Assembly: GCA_050015075.1 (NCBI GenBank)
Contig: JBEKCB010000034.1
Location: 1 to 58,728, forward strand
DNA length: 58,728 nt
Direction: 5' to 3'
From: Candidatus Brocadiia bacterium
GTDB lineage: Bacteria; Planctomycetota; Brocadiia; CAIUPP01
The notes below the pieces were generated by a model. It was not told the origin of the DNA, made no database searches, and saw only the letters and a list, made by a program, of their open reading frames with translations. Shown here piece by piece: positions 47,783 to 57,718 of the stretch (position 1 is its first letter; each line of letters starts with the position of its first letter). A program made the translations under genes and the position numbers.

Positions 47783-47813
47783 AAGGGACTTGCGGCCACG
47801 CGAGTCCCTTTTT
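47782..47813 (+). terminator. Intrinsic terminator closing the ubiquitin-like operon
   Basis: AAAGGGACTTGCG-GCCA-CGCGAGTCCCTTT followed by TT: 13-bp stem with one G-U pair, immediately after the stop. Confidence 0.75.
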
Positions 47814-47955
47814 CATTGGCCGAAAACGCCTCTTGTACAGTACTTTGTACAGTGCGGGCCTCCGGCCGAGCGCTCGCCCGGATTTTCAAGAGGGCGCTGT
47901 CAGGTCCGCGAGCGCTTCCCGCCGCGCTATCTCTTCGCCGCCGCGCGCCGCTCGT

Positions 47956-48897
47956 TCACTCCGTTCTGGCCGGCGACCGGAACTGCCGCCCGACCAGTAT
48001 GCAGTACGGTGTGAAGCCCAGCTTGAGGTAGCTGGCGTGCGCGGCGGCATTCCAGAGCTGCGTTCCGACCGACACGACCCGGCAGCCGAGCCCATGACCC
48101 TGCCGCATCGCGCGCGAGACCAACGCCGCGGCGATACCCTGGCGGCGGCAGTCTTCCCGCGTGCTCAGCGCAAAGATGTTCATGGCCGGCGAGCCGAGGC
48201 GATCGAGGTGCGGCAGCACCACCCAGGCGATGCTGCCGACGATCTCTCCGTTGATCTTCGCGCGGGCCGCCCTGGGCTCGAAACCGCTCCAGGATTCGTG
48301 CATCGGCTCGTGATTCGTTCCGGCTGCGTCCTCTTCAAACTCAACGGCGATCCGCGCCGGCGCTTCCTCGGGCGCGTCCTGCATCCGCGCGACCATGAAG
48401 ATGGATTCCTGGGTGTTCTTGAACCCGGCCACTTCCAGAACGAGGTGAACGTGCGGAAGGGAGACCGGACACATCGGCTCTCCGCCGAACCACAGACCGC
48501 GATAGAACGGATAGCCGGCGTACGGGTGCATCGCCTCCATCTCCTGAAACCCGGCGCGCCGAAGCCAGGCGGCAGCTTCCTGCACCAGCGCGGCGCCTAT
48601 GCGCAGGCTCTCGCGCGGGAAGATCAGCATCCGGATCCGCGCCACCTTCGCGTTCAGGTCGTTCCACGGTTCGGTTCCGGGCGTAACGCAGGCATGAACC
48701 CAGCCAAGGACGCGCCCGGCGCGCACCGCAATGAAAAGGCCCGCCGGATCAAAGTAGGATTTCTTCTCGACCAACTGGATGAACCGCTCCGCCGTCAGCG
48801 GCGCGATATGCGGCTCGAACGCGGTCTCGTCGTTATAGACGCGCGCCATTCCTTCCAGGAACTGCCGGTCATAGGTCTCGATGGAGAAGTCCGCCAA
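47956..48897 (-). CDS. GNAT-family acetyltransferase (tandem GNAT)
   Basis: TREDCRRQGIAAALV..NAAAHASYLKLGF; an N-terminal degenerate GNAT domain. Confidence 0.75.
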   Translation of the reverse strand: MADFSIETYDRQFLEGMARVYNDETAFEPHIAPLTAERFIQLVEKKSYFDPAGLFIAVRAGRVLGWVHACVTPGTEPWNDLNAKVARIRMLIFPRESLRIGAALVQEAAAWLRRAGFQEMEAMHPYAGYPFYRGLWFGGEPMCPVSLPHVHLVLEVAGFKNTQESIFMVARMQDAPEEAPARIAVEFEEDAAGTNHEPMHESWSGFEPRAARAKINGEIVGSIAWVVLPHLDRLGSPAMNIFALSTREDCRRQGIAAALVSRAMRQGHGLGCRVVSVGTQLWNAAAHASYLKLGFTPYCILVGRQFRSPARTE

Positions 48898-48910
48898 CCC
48901 GTTCTCCTTG

Positions 48911-50479
48911 TTACATGTCTGCGGGCCGCCCCAGGCGCATGGGCAGTCCCATCATCGAATACATCGAACGCGTCGGATGCAACCCGCGCGTGGACGCCCT
49001 GACGAACACCTGCGCACAGAAGGGGCCGTCGCCCTGCGCATGAGCGGCAAACGGCCGGCCAACGGGCAATCCGTCGAACTCGGATGCGCTGACGCACCGG
49101 ACGCCCTGCGGAGCGATCTCCACTTCGCGCGAGAGCCGCCGGCCGCCGCCCAATCCATAGGCCGAGAGCACCACCCGCACCGGCCGTTTCGCCGGGTTGA
49201 ACAGGTGATAGGCCTGCGACCATTCGGCGGGGACATCATCCGCGCCGCCCGCCTGGCCGATGCCCAACCAATATTCACATTCATTCTTCAGCGGGCCCGG
49301 GTACAGATTGACGCCGGACATGGCGCCCGGGCAACAGCGGCTGAACATCTCGAACTCCGCGCCCGTCACATCGGGGATTACCGGGTGATCCGCCCGCACG
49401 GTCAGCGCAAAAGGCTGGTTGATCGAGGTGTGTTGGCCGAGCCATGGCGGCCTGTGAAGCCACTGGCATACCGACTGCTGCGGCGGAACGGTGTACGGCG
49501 CCGATTCGCTCGTCCGGCCGTCCGGCCCGTGGAAGCTGAGCGTGACGCGAGCGTCGCGGCTGACGTGGGGGTTGTGGACAAAGAGCAAGTTCCAGGTCAG
49601 ATCGCTGCTCTCCCAGACCCTGTCGCCAGCCTTGGCGCGCGGGAGAACACCCCGTTCGAGAATAGCGCCGCCCGGGTAATACCAGAGCTTCGAAAGGCGG
49701 CGCCGCACCGGATAACCTATAACACTGCGCGTGCCGATGACCGGCGTCCATCCGCGCCATCGCGCGCGCCGCGTGAGCTGAGGAATGACCGGCCCGGTGG
49801 CGTTGAGCCGGATAACATAGTCGCCCTCGATCTTCATCACCGGTTCGCGATCCGTCCCCGTAAGCTGTGGGCTGCGTTCCCACAGGTTCATCTGCTTGAC
49901 CCGGCATGCCGGGACGACGACCGTTTCCTCCGCGCCTCGGGCCCGTCCGCGCGGAAAGTAGCGCACGCGGACGCTGACCTCTGCGTTCCCGGGATTCAGG
50001 ATCGAAAGCGTCTCGATCTCGTACCAACTCGGATCCTTTCCCTGGTAACAGTCCGGGAAAACCCAGCTTGTCTCATCGTGCAAGGGACCCGGGTACGGAG
50101 CGACCGCGACCAGGGCGTCCGGCACTTCCTCCCAGAACGTGAAATCCTGGTGCAGCGCCTGGGGCAGCACCGGGACGTTCGACTGAAGCGCTATCCAGAA
50201 GGACTGCTTGTGAGGCACCTCCGGCAATGCGGCCAGTTCCAGCGCGCCGATCGCCGAAGGTTCGACCGTCATGGCGACTTCGCTGGGCGGCCGGTCCACG
50301 TGGTAGAACCGCACCTGCACGCGGGCTTTCTTCCGTTGGGGGTTGTAGACGAACAACCCGGAGGAGCATTCCCGCGGCCTGCCGGAAGCGGCGCGATGCT
50401 CGGCCGGCTGATCGTCCCAGATGAATCCGTCCCCGACGAACCAGTGCTTGCCGCCCCTGCCGTATTGAGTCTCTGCCAT
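48911..50479 (-). CDS. Protein with four tandem Anabaena sensory rhodopsin transducer (ASRT/DUF1362)-like domains
   Basis: Four repeats of W..G...(L/I)xNP...V...V.P...F......P(V/F): HWFVGDG..VYNP, SWVFPD..ETLSILNP, LWYYPGG..VHNP and YWLGIG..LFNP. Confidence 0.65.
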   Translation of the reverse strand: MAETQYGRGGKHWFVGDGFIWDDQPAEHRAASGRPRECSSGLFVYNPQRKKARVQVRFYHVDRPPSEVAMTVEPSAIGALELAALPEVPHKQSFWIALQSNVPVLPQALHQDFTFWEEVPDALVAVAPYPGPLHDETSWVFPDCYQGKDPSWYEIETLSILNPGNAEVSVRVRYFPRGRARGAEETVVVPACRVKQMNLWERSPQLTGTDREPVMKIEGDYVIRLNATGPVIPQLTRRARWRGWTPVIGTRSVIGYPVRRRLSKLWYYPGGAILERGVLPRAKAGDRVWESSDLTWNLLFVHNPHVSRDARVTLSFHGPDGRTSESAPYTVPPQQSVCQWLHRPPWLGQHTSINQPFALTVRADHPVIPDVTGAEFEMFSRCCPGAMSGVNLYPGPLKNECEYWLGIGQAGGADDVPAEWSQAYHLFNPAKRPVRVVLSAYGLGGGRRLSREVEIAPQGVRCVSASEFDGLPVGRPFAAHAQGDGPFCAQVFVRASTRGLHPTRSMYSMMGLPMRLGRPADM

Positions 50480-50511
50480 GGCGTTCTCCCGAGGGAAGCC
50501 TCCTCGGAAAG

Positions 50512-51840
50512 TCAGGCCGGCTTCCCGATGTCCTGAAGCGTGCCGGCGATGCACAACAGCGTTTTGCGCTTCGACCGATCGTCGGGTATCTTCATCGCCT
50601 CCAGCTCAGCTCGCAGCCGTTCGAGATCCCGCGCGTAGTCCGCGCGCGCCGCCGGCGCCATGCGGTTCAGCAGATAGACGGGCGGGCCCGGCGCGGCCGG
50701 GTTCTCGGGCCACACGAGCGGTTCGAGCGACAGCGGGCCATCTCCCAGGCGAAAGCTCGAACGAGAGAAGTAGGCCTCCTCCGCGCGCGCAAACCAGTCG
50801 GAAAGGCCGTCCAGTTGATTCCCGCTCACGCCGTACACTGAGGCGAGCGCCTCGGCCAGCGCGGCTTCGGCCGACACTTGCGGCGAGGAAAGAATGCGGG
50901 CGCCCGTCCGCCAGGACAGTTCTTCAACCGGGTTCGCGAACGGACGATAGAAGTACTCGCAGGCGCGCCCGCCGTCCTCATACAGGCGCTTGAGCGCGCG
51001 CGCGGAAGAAAGCCCGCACGGCGCGAACCACCGGAGACGATCCCAATGCATCGGCGGCTCAACGAAAACGCCGCCCACGGAACCGAACGCGCAGGCGATC
51101 TCCCGAACCAGCGAAGCGCGGTCCCGGCCGGGCGAACGGGCCGACCGTTCCTCGACCTCAACCATGTAGTCCACGGCTTTCGAGATGCGGCGGAGGTGCG
51201 GCAGGTCCTGCGCGTTCTCCAGGCGCATTCCCCAGCCCGCCTGGCCCACAACCCAGTCGGGCCGGCCGGCGTGGACGTGCTCGGCGCACTTGATCAGCAG
51301 GGCCGCATGATACTCGGCCTGGCTGAGCGGCCGGCATTTCTCGCATTCGCAACGTCCCTCGTCCGCCGATTGCATGCTCAGGCCGTCCAGGCCCCACGCG
51401 GGATCCATCATAAAATCCAGCACCTGTCGCTGCCAGTCCCAGGCCGCCGGGCTGGACCCGCACATGACGCGGCGCGGGCCCGCGGAGACGCCGGGCGCCT
51501 TGGCGATGATTTCGTCGAATCCCCACGAGTAGATGCCTGCACCGGCGAGGACCTTCACCCCTCGCGCATGGGCGGCCTCCACGAAGGCGTGCAGCCGCGC
51601 GGCGCGCGAATCGTCCACAACGTTCTTCAACGGCGCAGGCCATGACCGCGCCACGAACAATCCCCAGACGAGATTGTATTCGATTCCGAGTTCAGACTGG
51701 ACGTCAAGAAAGCGCACCTGGTCGGCGAAAAGCTGATCGTCCCAGCGAATGCTGGGCCACTCCTCATTGGGAATCGGCTCGGAAGCCAGGTCTCGAACCC
51801 AGCCGACCGTGACGCGATACGTGAACGGCGGTGAACTCAC
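50512..51840 (-). CDS. Hypothetical protein (possible TIM barrel with a CxCxxC motif)
   Basis: Long ORF in the operon's orientation with a GGAG RBS; FVEAAHARGVKV, LDGLSMQSAD and CECEKC. Confidence 0.6.
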   Translation of the reverse strand: MSSPPFTYRVTVGWVRDLASEPIPNEEWPSIRWDDQLFADQVRFLDVQSELGIEYNLVWGLFVARSWPAPLKNVVDDSRAARLHAFVEAAHARGVKVLAGAGIYSWGFDEIIAKAPGVSAGPRRVMCGSSPAAWDWQRQVLDFMMDPAWGLDGLSMQSADEGRCECEKCRPLSQAEYHAALLIKCAEHVHAGRPDWVVGQAGWGMRLENAQDLPHLRRISKAVDYMVEVEERSARSPGRDRASLVREIACAFGSVGGVFVEPPMHWDRLRWFAPCGLSSARALKRLYEDGGRACEYFYRPFANPVEELSWRTGARILSSPQVSAEAALAEALASVYGVSGNQLDGLSDWFARAEEAYFSRSSFRLGDGPLSLEPLVWPENPAAPGPPVYLLNRMAPAARADYARDLERLRAELEAMKIPDDRSKRKTLLCIAGTLQDIGKPA

Positions 51841-51884
51841 GGAGGCGATCTCCTATCGTTTTCGGGCCCCTCGACAGCTTCGGC

Positions 51885-52208
51885 TCACAGGGGCGCGCCG
51901 CGCGGGTGCGGTTGAGTCGTTGCGCCGGCGTCCACGCAGATCGTCTGCCCGGCGATGTATTCGGCCTGCGCGCCGGCCAGGAAGGCCACGCAGGCGGCGA
52001 TCTCCGCCGGGACTCCCGCCCACCCCAGCTCGGCCGTTTCCTGAAGGTCCTTCTCGGACCGGCCGCAGAGGAACACGCGCATCCCCTCGGCGCCCAGGCG
52101 CAGGCAAATGCCGCGCCCGATGCCGCTGCCGCCGCCGGTCACGAGCGCGCTCTGGCCTTTGAGGTCGGGGTCACAGGGTCCCTGCGGAGGGCGAATGACG
52201 TCGGACAT
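51885..52208 (-). pseudogene. SDR oxidoreductase with an in-frame internal deletion
   Basis: N-terminal LKGQSALVTGGGSGIG is joined directly to C-terminal GWAGVPAEIAACVAFL..YIAGQTICVDAG; no YxxxK; 107 aa. Confidence 0.75.
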
Positions 52209-52220
52209 GCGCGGCTTCTC

Positions 52221-53423
52221 CTATGGAAGCGCAGCCGAGCCGTCGGGAAGGCGCGCGAGCGTCCACTGCGGAAGGGAGTTGGCGCAGGGATATTTCGCCG
52301 CCTTGGCCTCGTCCAGGTCTATGCCGAGGCCCGGCCGGTCATTGGGATAGGCGTATCCGTCGCGCACCTCGGGACAGCCGGGGAAGACCTCGCGCTCGGC
52401 GTCGGTGAACCCGGACCACTCCTGAACGCCGAAGTTCGGCGCGCTGATGTCGAGGTGAACGTTGGCTGCGTGGCCGACCGGCGAGACATCCGGCGGCCCA
52501 TGCCACGCGGTGCGGATTCCGAACGCCTCGCAGAGCGCGGCCAGTTTCCGCGCGGGGGTGATTCCGCCGATGGCGCTGACGTGGCAGCGGATGAAGTCAA
52601 TCAGGCGGCCCTCGATGAGCGGCATCCACTCGCAGGGGTTGGTGAAGAGTTCGCCCATCGCCAGCGGCATGACGCACTGTTGCCGAATCGCGCGGAACCA
52701 CTCGATCTGCTCCGGCGGCAGAGCGTCTTCCAGGAAGAAAAGCCGGTACGGCTCCAGCGCCTTGGCGAGACGAACCGCCTCGAACGGGGGCAGGCGTTCG
52801 TGGATGTCGTGCAGCAGCTCGACCTCGAAGCCGAGCTTGCTCCGGAGATGTTCGAACAGCCGGGGGATGTTCCGGGCGGCGGCGTCCGGATCGTGATAAG
52901 CGCCGGGCAGCGCGCCTTCGGGCTTCCGGCGGGCCGGCGCCGCGCCCTGGTAGCCGCCCATCTGGCAGCGGATGACGCGATATCCCTGCTCGATGAAGGC
53001 GCGCGCTCTTTCCTCGACTTGCGCCGCGTCGCGGCCGTCGGCATGGCGATAGACCGTCACCCCCTCGCGGCATTTCCCGCCCAGCAGTTCATACAGCGGC
53101 ATCCCCGCGAGCTTGGCCTTGATATCCCACAGCGCCATGTCCACGCCCGACAGGGCGTTGTTCAGCACCGGCCCGTTGCGCCAGTACGAGCTGACCCACG
53201 ACGTGCGCCAGAGGTCCTCGATCCGCTGCGTCTCCTTCCCGCGCAGGAAGGGCCGAAGGAACTCCTCGACGGCGACCTTGACCGGTGTGTGCCGCTGCGT
53301 GAACGTCGCGCAGCCGAGGCCGTAAAGACCCGGCTCGGACGTCTCAACCTTGACCACGATCAGTTGAGCGGATCCCGGCTGGGTCAGAATGACGCGGATG
53401 TCGCGGATCGTGATCGGGGGCAT
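52221..53423 (-). CDS. Enolase-superfamily sugar-acid dehydratase (mannonate dehydratase/RspA-like)
   Basis: GLGCATFTQR, YWRNGPVLNNALSGVDMALWDIK, LLHDIHERL, FFLED, MGELF and WHGPPDVSP; AAGGAG RBS. Confidence 0.88.
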   Translation of the reverse strand: MPPITIRDIRVILTQPGSAQLIVVKVETSEPGLYGLGCATFTQRHTPVKVAVEEFLRPFLRGKETQRIEDLWRTSWVSSYWRNGPVLNNALSGVDMALWDIKAKLAGMPLYELLGGKCREGVTVYRHADGRDAAQVEERARAFIEQGYRVIRCQMGGYQGAAPARRKPEGALPGAYHDPDAAARNIPRLFEHLRSKLGFEVELLHDIHERLPPFEAVRLAKALEPYRLFFLEDALPPEQIEWFRAIRQQCVMPLAMGELFTNPCEWMPLIEGRLIDFIRCHVSAIGGITPARKLAALCEAFGIRTAWHGPPDVSPVGHAANVHLDISAPNFGVQEWSGFTDAEREVFPGCPEVRDGYAYPNDRPGLGIDLDEAKAAKYPCANSLPQWTLARLPDGSAALP

Positions 53424-54019
53424 ATCGTCTCCTTGGAAGTCCGATCTCCACCGGGAGTGCCGGGGACGCGCGGCCTGCTCCCGCAATTCCCTTCCATCCC
53501 GGACTGCCCTCAGCGCGTTGAGGCTGCTTCTACCACGGCGCAACACTCCAGTCAACCCGGACCCGTGCGCGCGGCGGGAGAGCGTTGGACATCCGGCCTG
53601 GATCCCTCGCGCCTGGAGTTTTCCTTGCGGGGCGAGGCCGCCGGCTCGACGAAGAATCTCCGCATTTCCGCCCCTGGCAATTCAAGGGTCTGCAAGCTGC
53701 AAGTCCGCCCGCTTCGGCTTCTCCTTACCGCCCAAAGTCGCCGACATCAAGTGCCCGTTATGCTCATCTCGCAAGTCAATCGGATTCCCGTCGGGGTCTC
53801 TGGTCTGCTCGCAGGTCAACGCCATCCGGACCTCGGTTACGAAGATGAACCGTGCCGAACGCTCCCTGATATTCACGCAACGACAGGCGGAACCCCGGGC
53901 AGGGTCTTTCTTGCAAATTGCGCGCGTGCCGGTGATAATCTGCTGCGCTGCTCAAGAGAGGGGACGTCAGACAGTTGAAGGATTAGAGCCGGTTTCGCAA
54001 CCTCCTCAAGGGATAGGCC

Positions 54020-54688
54020 ATGTGGAGAGATGAGGTTGACGCCGCCGCTCAGCGCCGATATCTGGACCTGCTCCGTCTGCCGAATTCCTTCACGGAGGAG
54101 GAGTTGAAGGAGGCGTACCGGGACATGTCGCGCGTATGGCATCCGGACAGGTATCGGTCGGATTCCCGGCTTCAGCGAAAGGCGGCGGAGGTTTTCAAGG
54201 AGATCAACGCGGCAAACCAGTACTTCAGAAAGAACTTGGAGAACGGGAGCTTCACCTTTCGCGATTCGACGTCGTCCTTTGTACAGGATCAGTCTCGAAC
54301 ATCAGCCGGGATCCAGAAAATCATGGACGAGGCTCGGCATGAGACAACACGAAAGTACGAGGAGGAGCTTAGCGCAGTTCGTAGCGGTCATGCAGCGGAA
54401 CTTGACGCATTGGCGCACAGGCACCGCAATTACATTCAGGAAGTACGAGCGCATTGCCAAGACCAAGTCTCGCGGCTGGCATCCAGGCTGAGTGCCATTA
54501 ACGAGGAACTGCAGCGTGAGAAGTCGAAGTCCCAATGCGCGCTCCTTCAGAAGCTCTTGCGAGGTGTCCTCTCCACGTACACGGCCGTGCGGAACATCTT
54601 CAGGAACGTCGTTGCCAGGCCGGCTGTCGCCCTCCGCCGCGGCTGTTGTTCCTTTGTCTCATCATTGGGAAGAAAACACTCATCCTGA
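54020..54688 (+). CDS. J-domain (DnaJ-like) protein with a coiled coil
   Basis: ELKEAYRDMSRVWHPDRY...FKEINAA. Confidence 0.7.
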   Translation: MWRDEVDAAAQRRYLDLLRLPNSFTEEELKEAYRDMSRVWHPDRYRSDSRLQRKAAEVFKEINAANQYFRKNLENGSFTFRDSTSSFVQDQSRTSAGIQKIMDEARHETTRKYEEELSAVRSGHAAELDALAHRHRNYIQEVRAHCQDQVSRLASRLSAINEELQREKSKSQCALLQKLLRGVLSTYTAVRNIFRNVVARPAVALRRGCCSFVSSLGRKHSS

Positions 54689-54896
54689 GGCTGTCCGCAT
54701 CATTTGATTCTCACCTGGACGTGGGCAGCCACACGCATCCCGCGCCTGCCAGTCTGGGCGCGTACTCCTCCCGCACCTGAGAAAACCCGCGTCGAATCTC
54801 AAGGTGCTTGTGTCACATTCTTCCTCCTGATAGACTGTTTCACGCTTTCTGCATGATGGTCATGCCCCCGGCCATTCTTTGAAAAGGAAGAGAACG

Positions 54897-56027
54897 ATGT
54901 CGAAGTTCCAGATAAAGTCGGCGGACCAGTGCAAGTATGATGAGGTGTCATTGGGCGAGGTCATGATGCGGCTGGATCCGGGCGATGTCCCGGCGCGCCG
55001 GGCGCAGATGTTGCGCGTCTTCCACGGCGGCGGCGAGACGAACGTGGCGGAGGGCCTGAGCGCCTGTTTCGGACTGCGCACGGCCATCGTCACGGCCCTG
55101 GTGGATGACAGCGTCGGACGCAACATCGAACGCCAGCTTCGCGAGGCCGGCGTGGACACGCGCCATGTCATATGGTTTTCCACCGACGGCAAGGGGCGTT
55201 TCTCCACCGACGGTAAGGGAACGCTCCACAACGGCATCAACTTCACCTGGGCCGGCAGGGGCGTGCTCCCTTCGGTGACGGAATACTACCGCGCGCATAC
55301 GCCTGTCCGCGAACTCAAGCCCGGCGACGTGGACTGGGGCGCGCTTTTCCAGCAGGGGGTGCGCTGGTTCAACACGGGCGGCATCTACAACAACCTTTCC
55401 GCCAACGCCTCCGCCCTGGCGCTCGAGGCCATGACCGAAGCCGGCCGGCACGGCGCATTTCGGTCGTTCGACCTCAACTATCGTTCCAAGGTCGAGCCGA
55501 ACAAGGACCGCGCGCGCGAGGCTAACCGCAAGATCGTGCCCCACGTGGATTTTCTCGTCGGCAACCAGAATGACTTTGACGATGCCCTCGGCTACACCGC
55601 CGTCAAGGTCGCCAAGAGCGACCCTTTTGAAAAGTGGCTCGACGTCTACACCGACATGCTCCGCAAGGTGGCCCATGACTACCCGAACCTGAAAATCATC
55701 GGCACGCAACTTCGAGCGGCCATCTCAGCCGACCGCATCAACTGGGGCGCGGTGCTCTACGACGTTGCAGAGGACAAGCGCTACCTGGCGAGCATGCGCG
55801 AGAACATCGAGATCACAGATCGCACCGGCGGCGGTGACTCCTTCGCCTCCGGCGCCGCAGCCGCGCTGCTGAATGGCAAGGGACTCGCCGACGCCGTCGA
55901 ATGGGGCGCCGCCCATGGTATCTGCGTCCAGGAAACGCCCGGCGATACCACCATGGTCACACAGAAGGAAGTCGAGGCCGAGGTCAAGCGCGCTCAGGCA
56001 GGCGGTGGTGTCAGCGCCCTGAGGTGA
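54897..56027 (+). CDS. kdgK: PfkB-family sugar kinase, 2-keto-3-deoxygluconate kinase-like
   Basis: LGEVMMRL, GGGETNVA, SFDLNYR and DRTGGGDSFASG. Confidence 0.75.
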   Translation: MSKFQIKSADQCKYDEVSLGEVMMRLDPGDVPARRAQMLRVFHGGGETNVAEGLSACFGLRTAIVTALVDDSVGRNIERQLREAGVDTRHVIWFSTDGKGRFSTDGKGTLHNGINFTWAGRGVLPSVTEYYRAHTPVRELKPGDVDWGALFQQGVRWFNTGGIYNNLSANASALALEAMTEAGRHGAFRSFDLNYRSKVEPNKDRAREANRKIVPHVDFLVGNQNDFDDALGYTAVKVAKSDPFEKWLDVYTDMLRKVAHDYPNLKIIGTQLRAAISADRINWGAVLYDVAEDKRYLASMRENIEITDRTGGGDSFASGAAAALLNGKGLADAVEWGAAHGICVQETPGDTTMVTQKEVEAEVKRAQAGGGVSALR

Positions 56028-56116
56028 TTCCGACTCTGGGAGCCGGCCGTGCTCGGAGGGGTGGTCAATGGAAAATCCCGACTTGTCGGCCCGGCAGGGA
56101 ATTGAGGAGAGGTGAC

Positions 56117-57718
56117 ATGCTCGGAAAAATTCTGACGCTCGGTCTCACTGTCGTGGCAGCCGCGTGTCTTTCGACTCCGTGTTGGAGCCAGGAAACGCCG
56201 GTGGTCGTCTACACGAATGACAACGCCCCGGCGACGCCCAGGCTCGCCGATCTTCCCTTGAAGACGGGCGTCTCGCAATACGGCATGACCTGGACGTTCG
56301 ATAAGCCGGCGCGAGTCGGGCAATTCGTCAACGGCGACTTTTACGTTGTCGGGCCGGTCGCGATCACTGAGATCACGCCGCGGCCGCTTTACGGCGCCGA
56401 GATCCCCGCCGCGCAGCTCGACCACATGGATAAGGAAAAGCCGGAAAAGGACCGCGTGCGGAACGGCTTCATGCTCAATCCGCCCGCGGAGATGAAAGTC
56501 GCTTACGACAGCGGCATCCGGAACTGGTTCGACCCGTCGCTGATTCAGAAGCTTCCGGTCGCGATGAAGCCGGGCGATTCGCTCGTCTCGACCATCAGCA
56601 TGCCGATGCGCCCCGTCGCCGATACCGTCCAGGGCCGGCCGATCACCCGCGGCGAGGAAGACAACAGCCCCGTCCGAGACGCCGCGGTGCTGACCTGCGT
56701 GGCCGAGCCGCAGCCGGCCGACGCGTTCCGCCCGGCGTTCTGCGACCGCACTCAGAAAATCTATCTCGCCCGCAACCTGGGGCGCAAATTGCTGCCTGCC
56801 GTAGCCCCGCAAGGCGACTTCCCCAAGCTCGAAAAATACATTCGCCTCACCCAGCGCCCGTGGGTCCATACCTGCTTCTTCGGCTTCTAGATCCCCAACG
56901 ACGACATGCCCGGCTACGGCCAGCAGATCGGCGAATGCTCCGGCAACTGCGCCCTGCTCCTCTGCTGCAAGTACACCCCGCAACAGAAAGAGCCGCTGCT
57001 CATCAGCTTCGTTCAGGTTGGCATTGACCTCGGCGGGATGATCCGCGCCGGACATCCCGGTTGGGAATGCTGGGGCGGACACGGCAGCGGATGCAAACTC
57101 CCCATCTTCTTCGCCGGATTGCTCCTCGGCGACGACGAACTCGCCCATATCCACAATTCATTTCCCAAGGCGCACTTCGCTGAGGATGAGCAGACCGCCT
57201 ATGGCGATTGCTGGACCGGCGCCAAAGTCGTCTTCACCGGCCACTCCGGCATTGATGAAGCCACCGGCATTGGCCGCAATTACGCTCGCACCAACGACGC
57301 CTGGGGCCCCTACGAGCATATTCAACCTGCGAAATGGGTGGGCGGCAACTGGACCAGCGAAGCCTATCGCCGCGCCAACACCAGCGCCGCCTGGATCGGC
57401 CAGGCGCTCGCGATCCACCTTCTCCGGGCCGAGAAAGTCTGGAACCACGACGCGTTCCTGGACTATGTGGATCGCTGGATGTTCGAGAACGATGCGCCCG
57501 CCATCAAGACCCTCGCCGCGCTCGGCCATAACTATGACCAGGACTGGACGCGCGAGGGCACGTGCGAATGGAATCGCTGGCACATAGCGATGTGGCAGAC
57601 GTACCGCGCCACCCCAGGCATGCCCCCAACCGATGGCTGGAAACGGCAGCACGACTCCAGCTACTACGAGAACGCCATCGGCAAAGAACTCAAAGCCCCC
57701 GCACGGCCTGGCGGGTAG
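56117..57718 (+). pseudogene. Secreted hypothetical protein interrupted by an in-frame TAG at 56888-56890 (pseudogene, sequencing error or readthrough)
   Basis: ORFs 56117-56890 and 56906-57718 share one frame (CFFGF*IPNDDMPGYG); no RBS precedes 56906. Confidence 0.65.

Noticed and set aside
56888-56890. Genome-wide amber recoding
   Set aside because: TAG ends many genes at their expected C-termini in this window (for example 3042, 10108, 26244, 29604, 32273, 34060).
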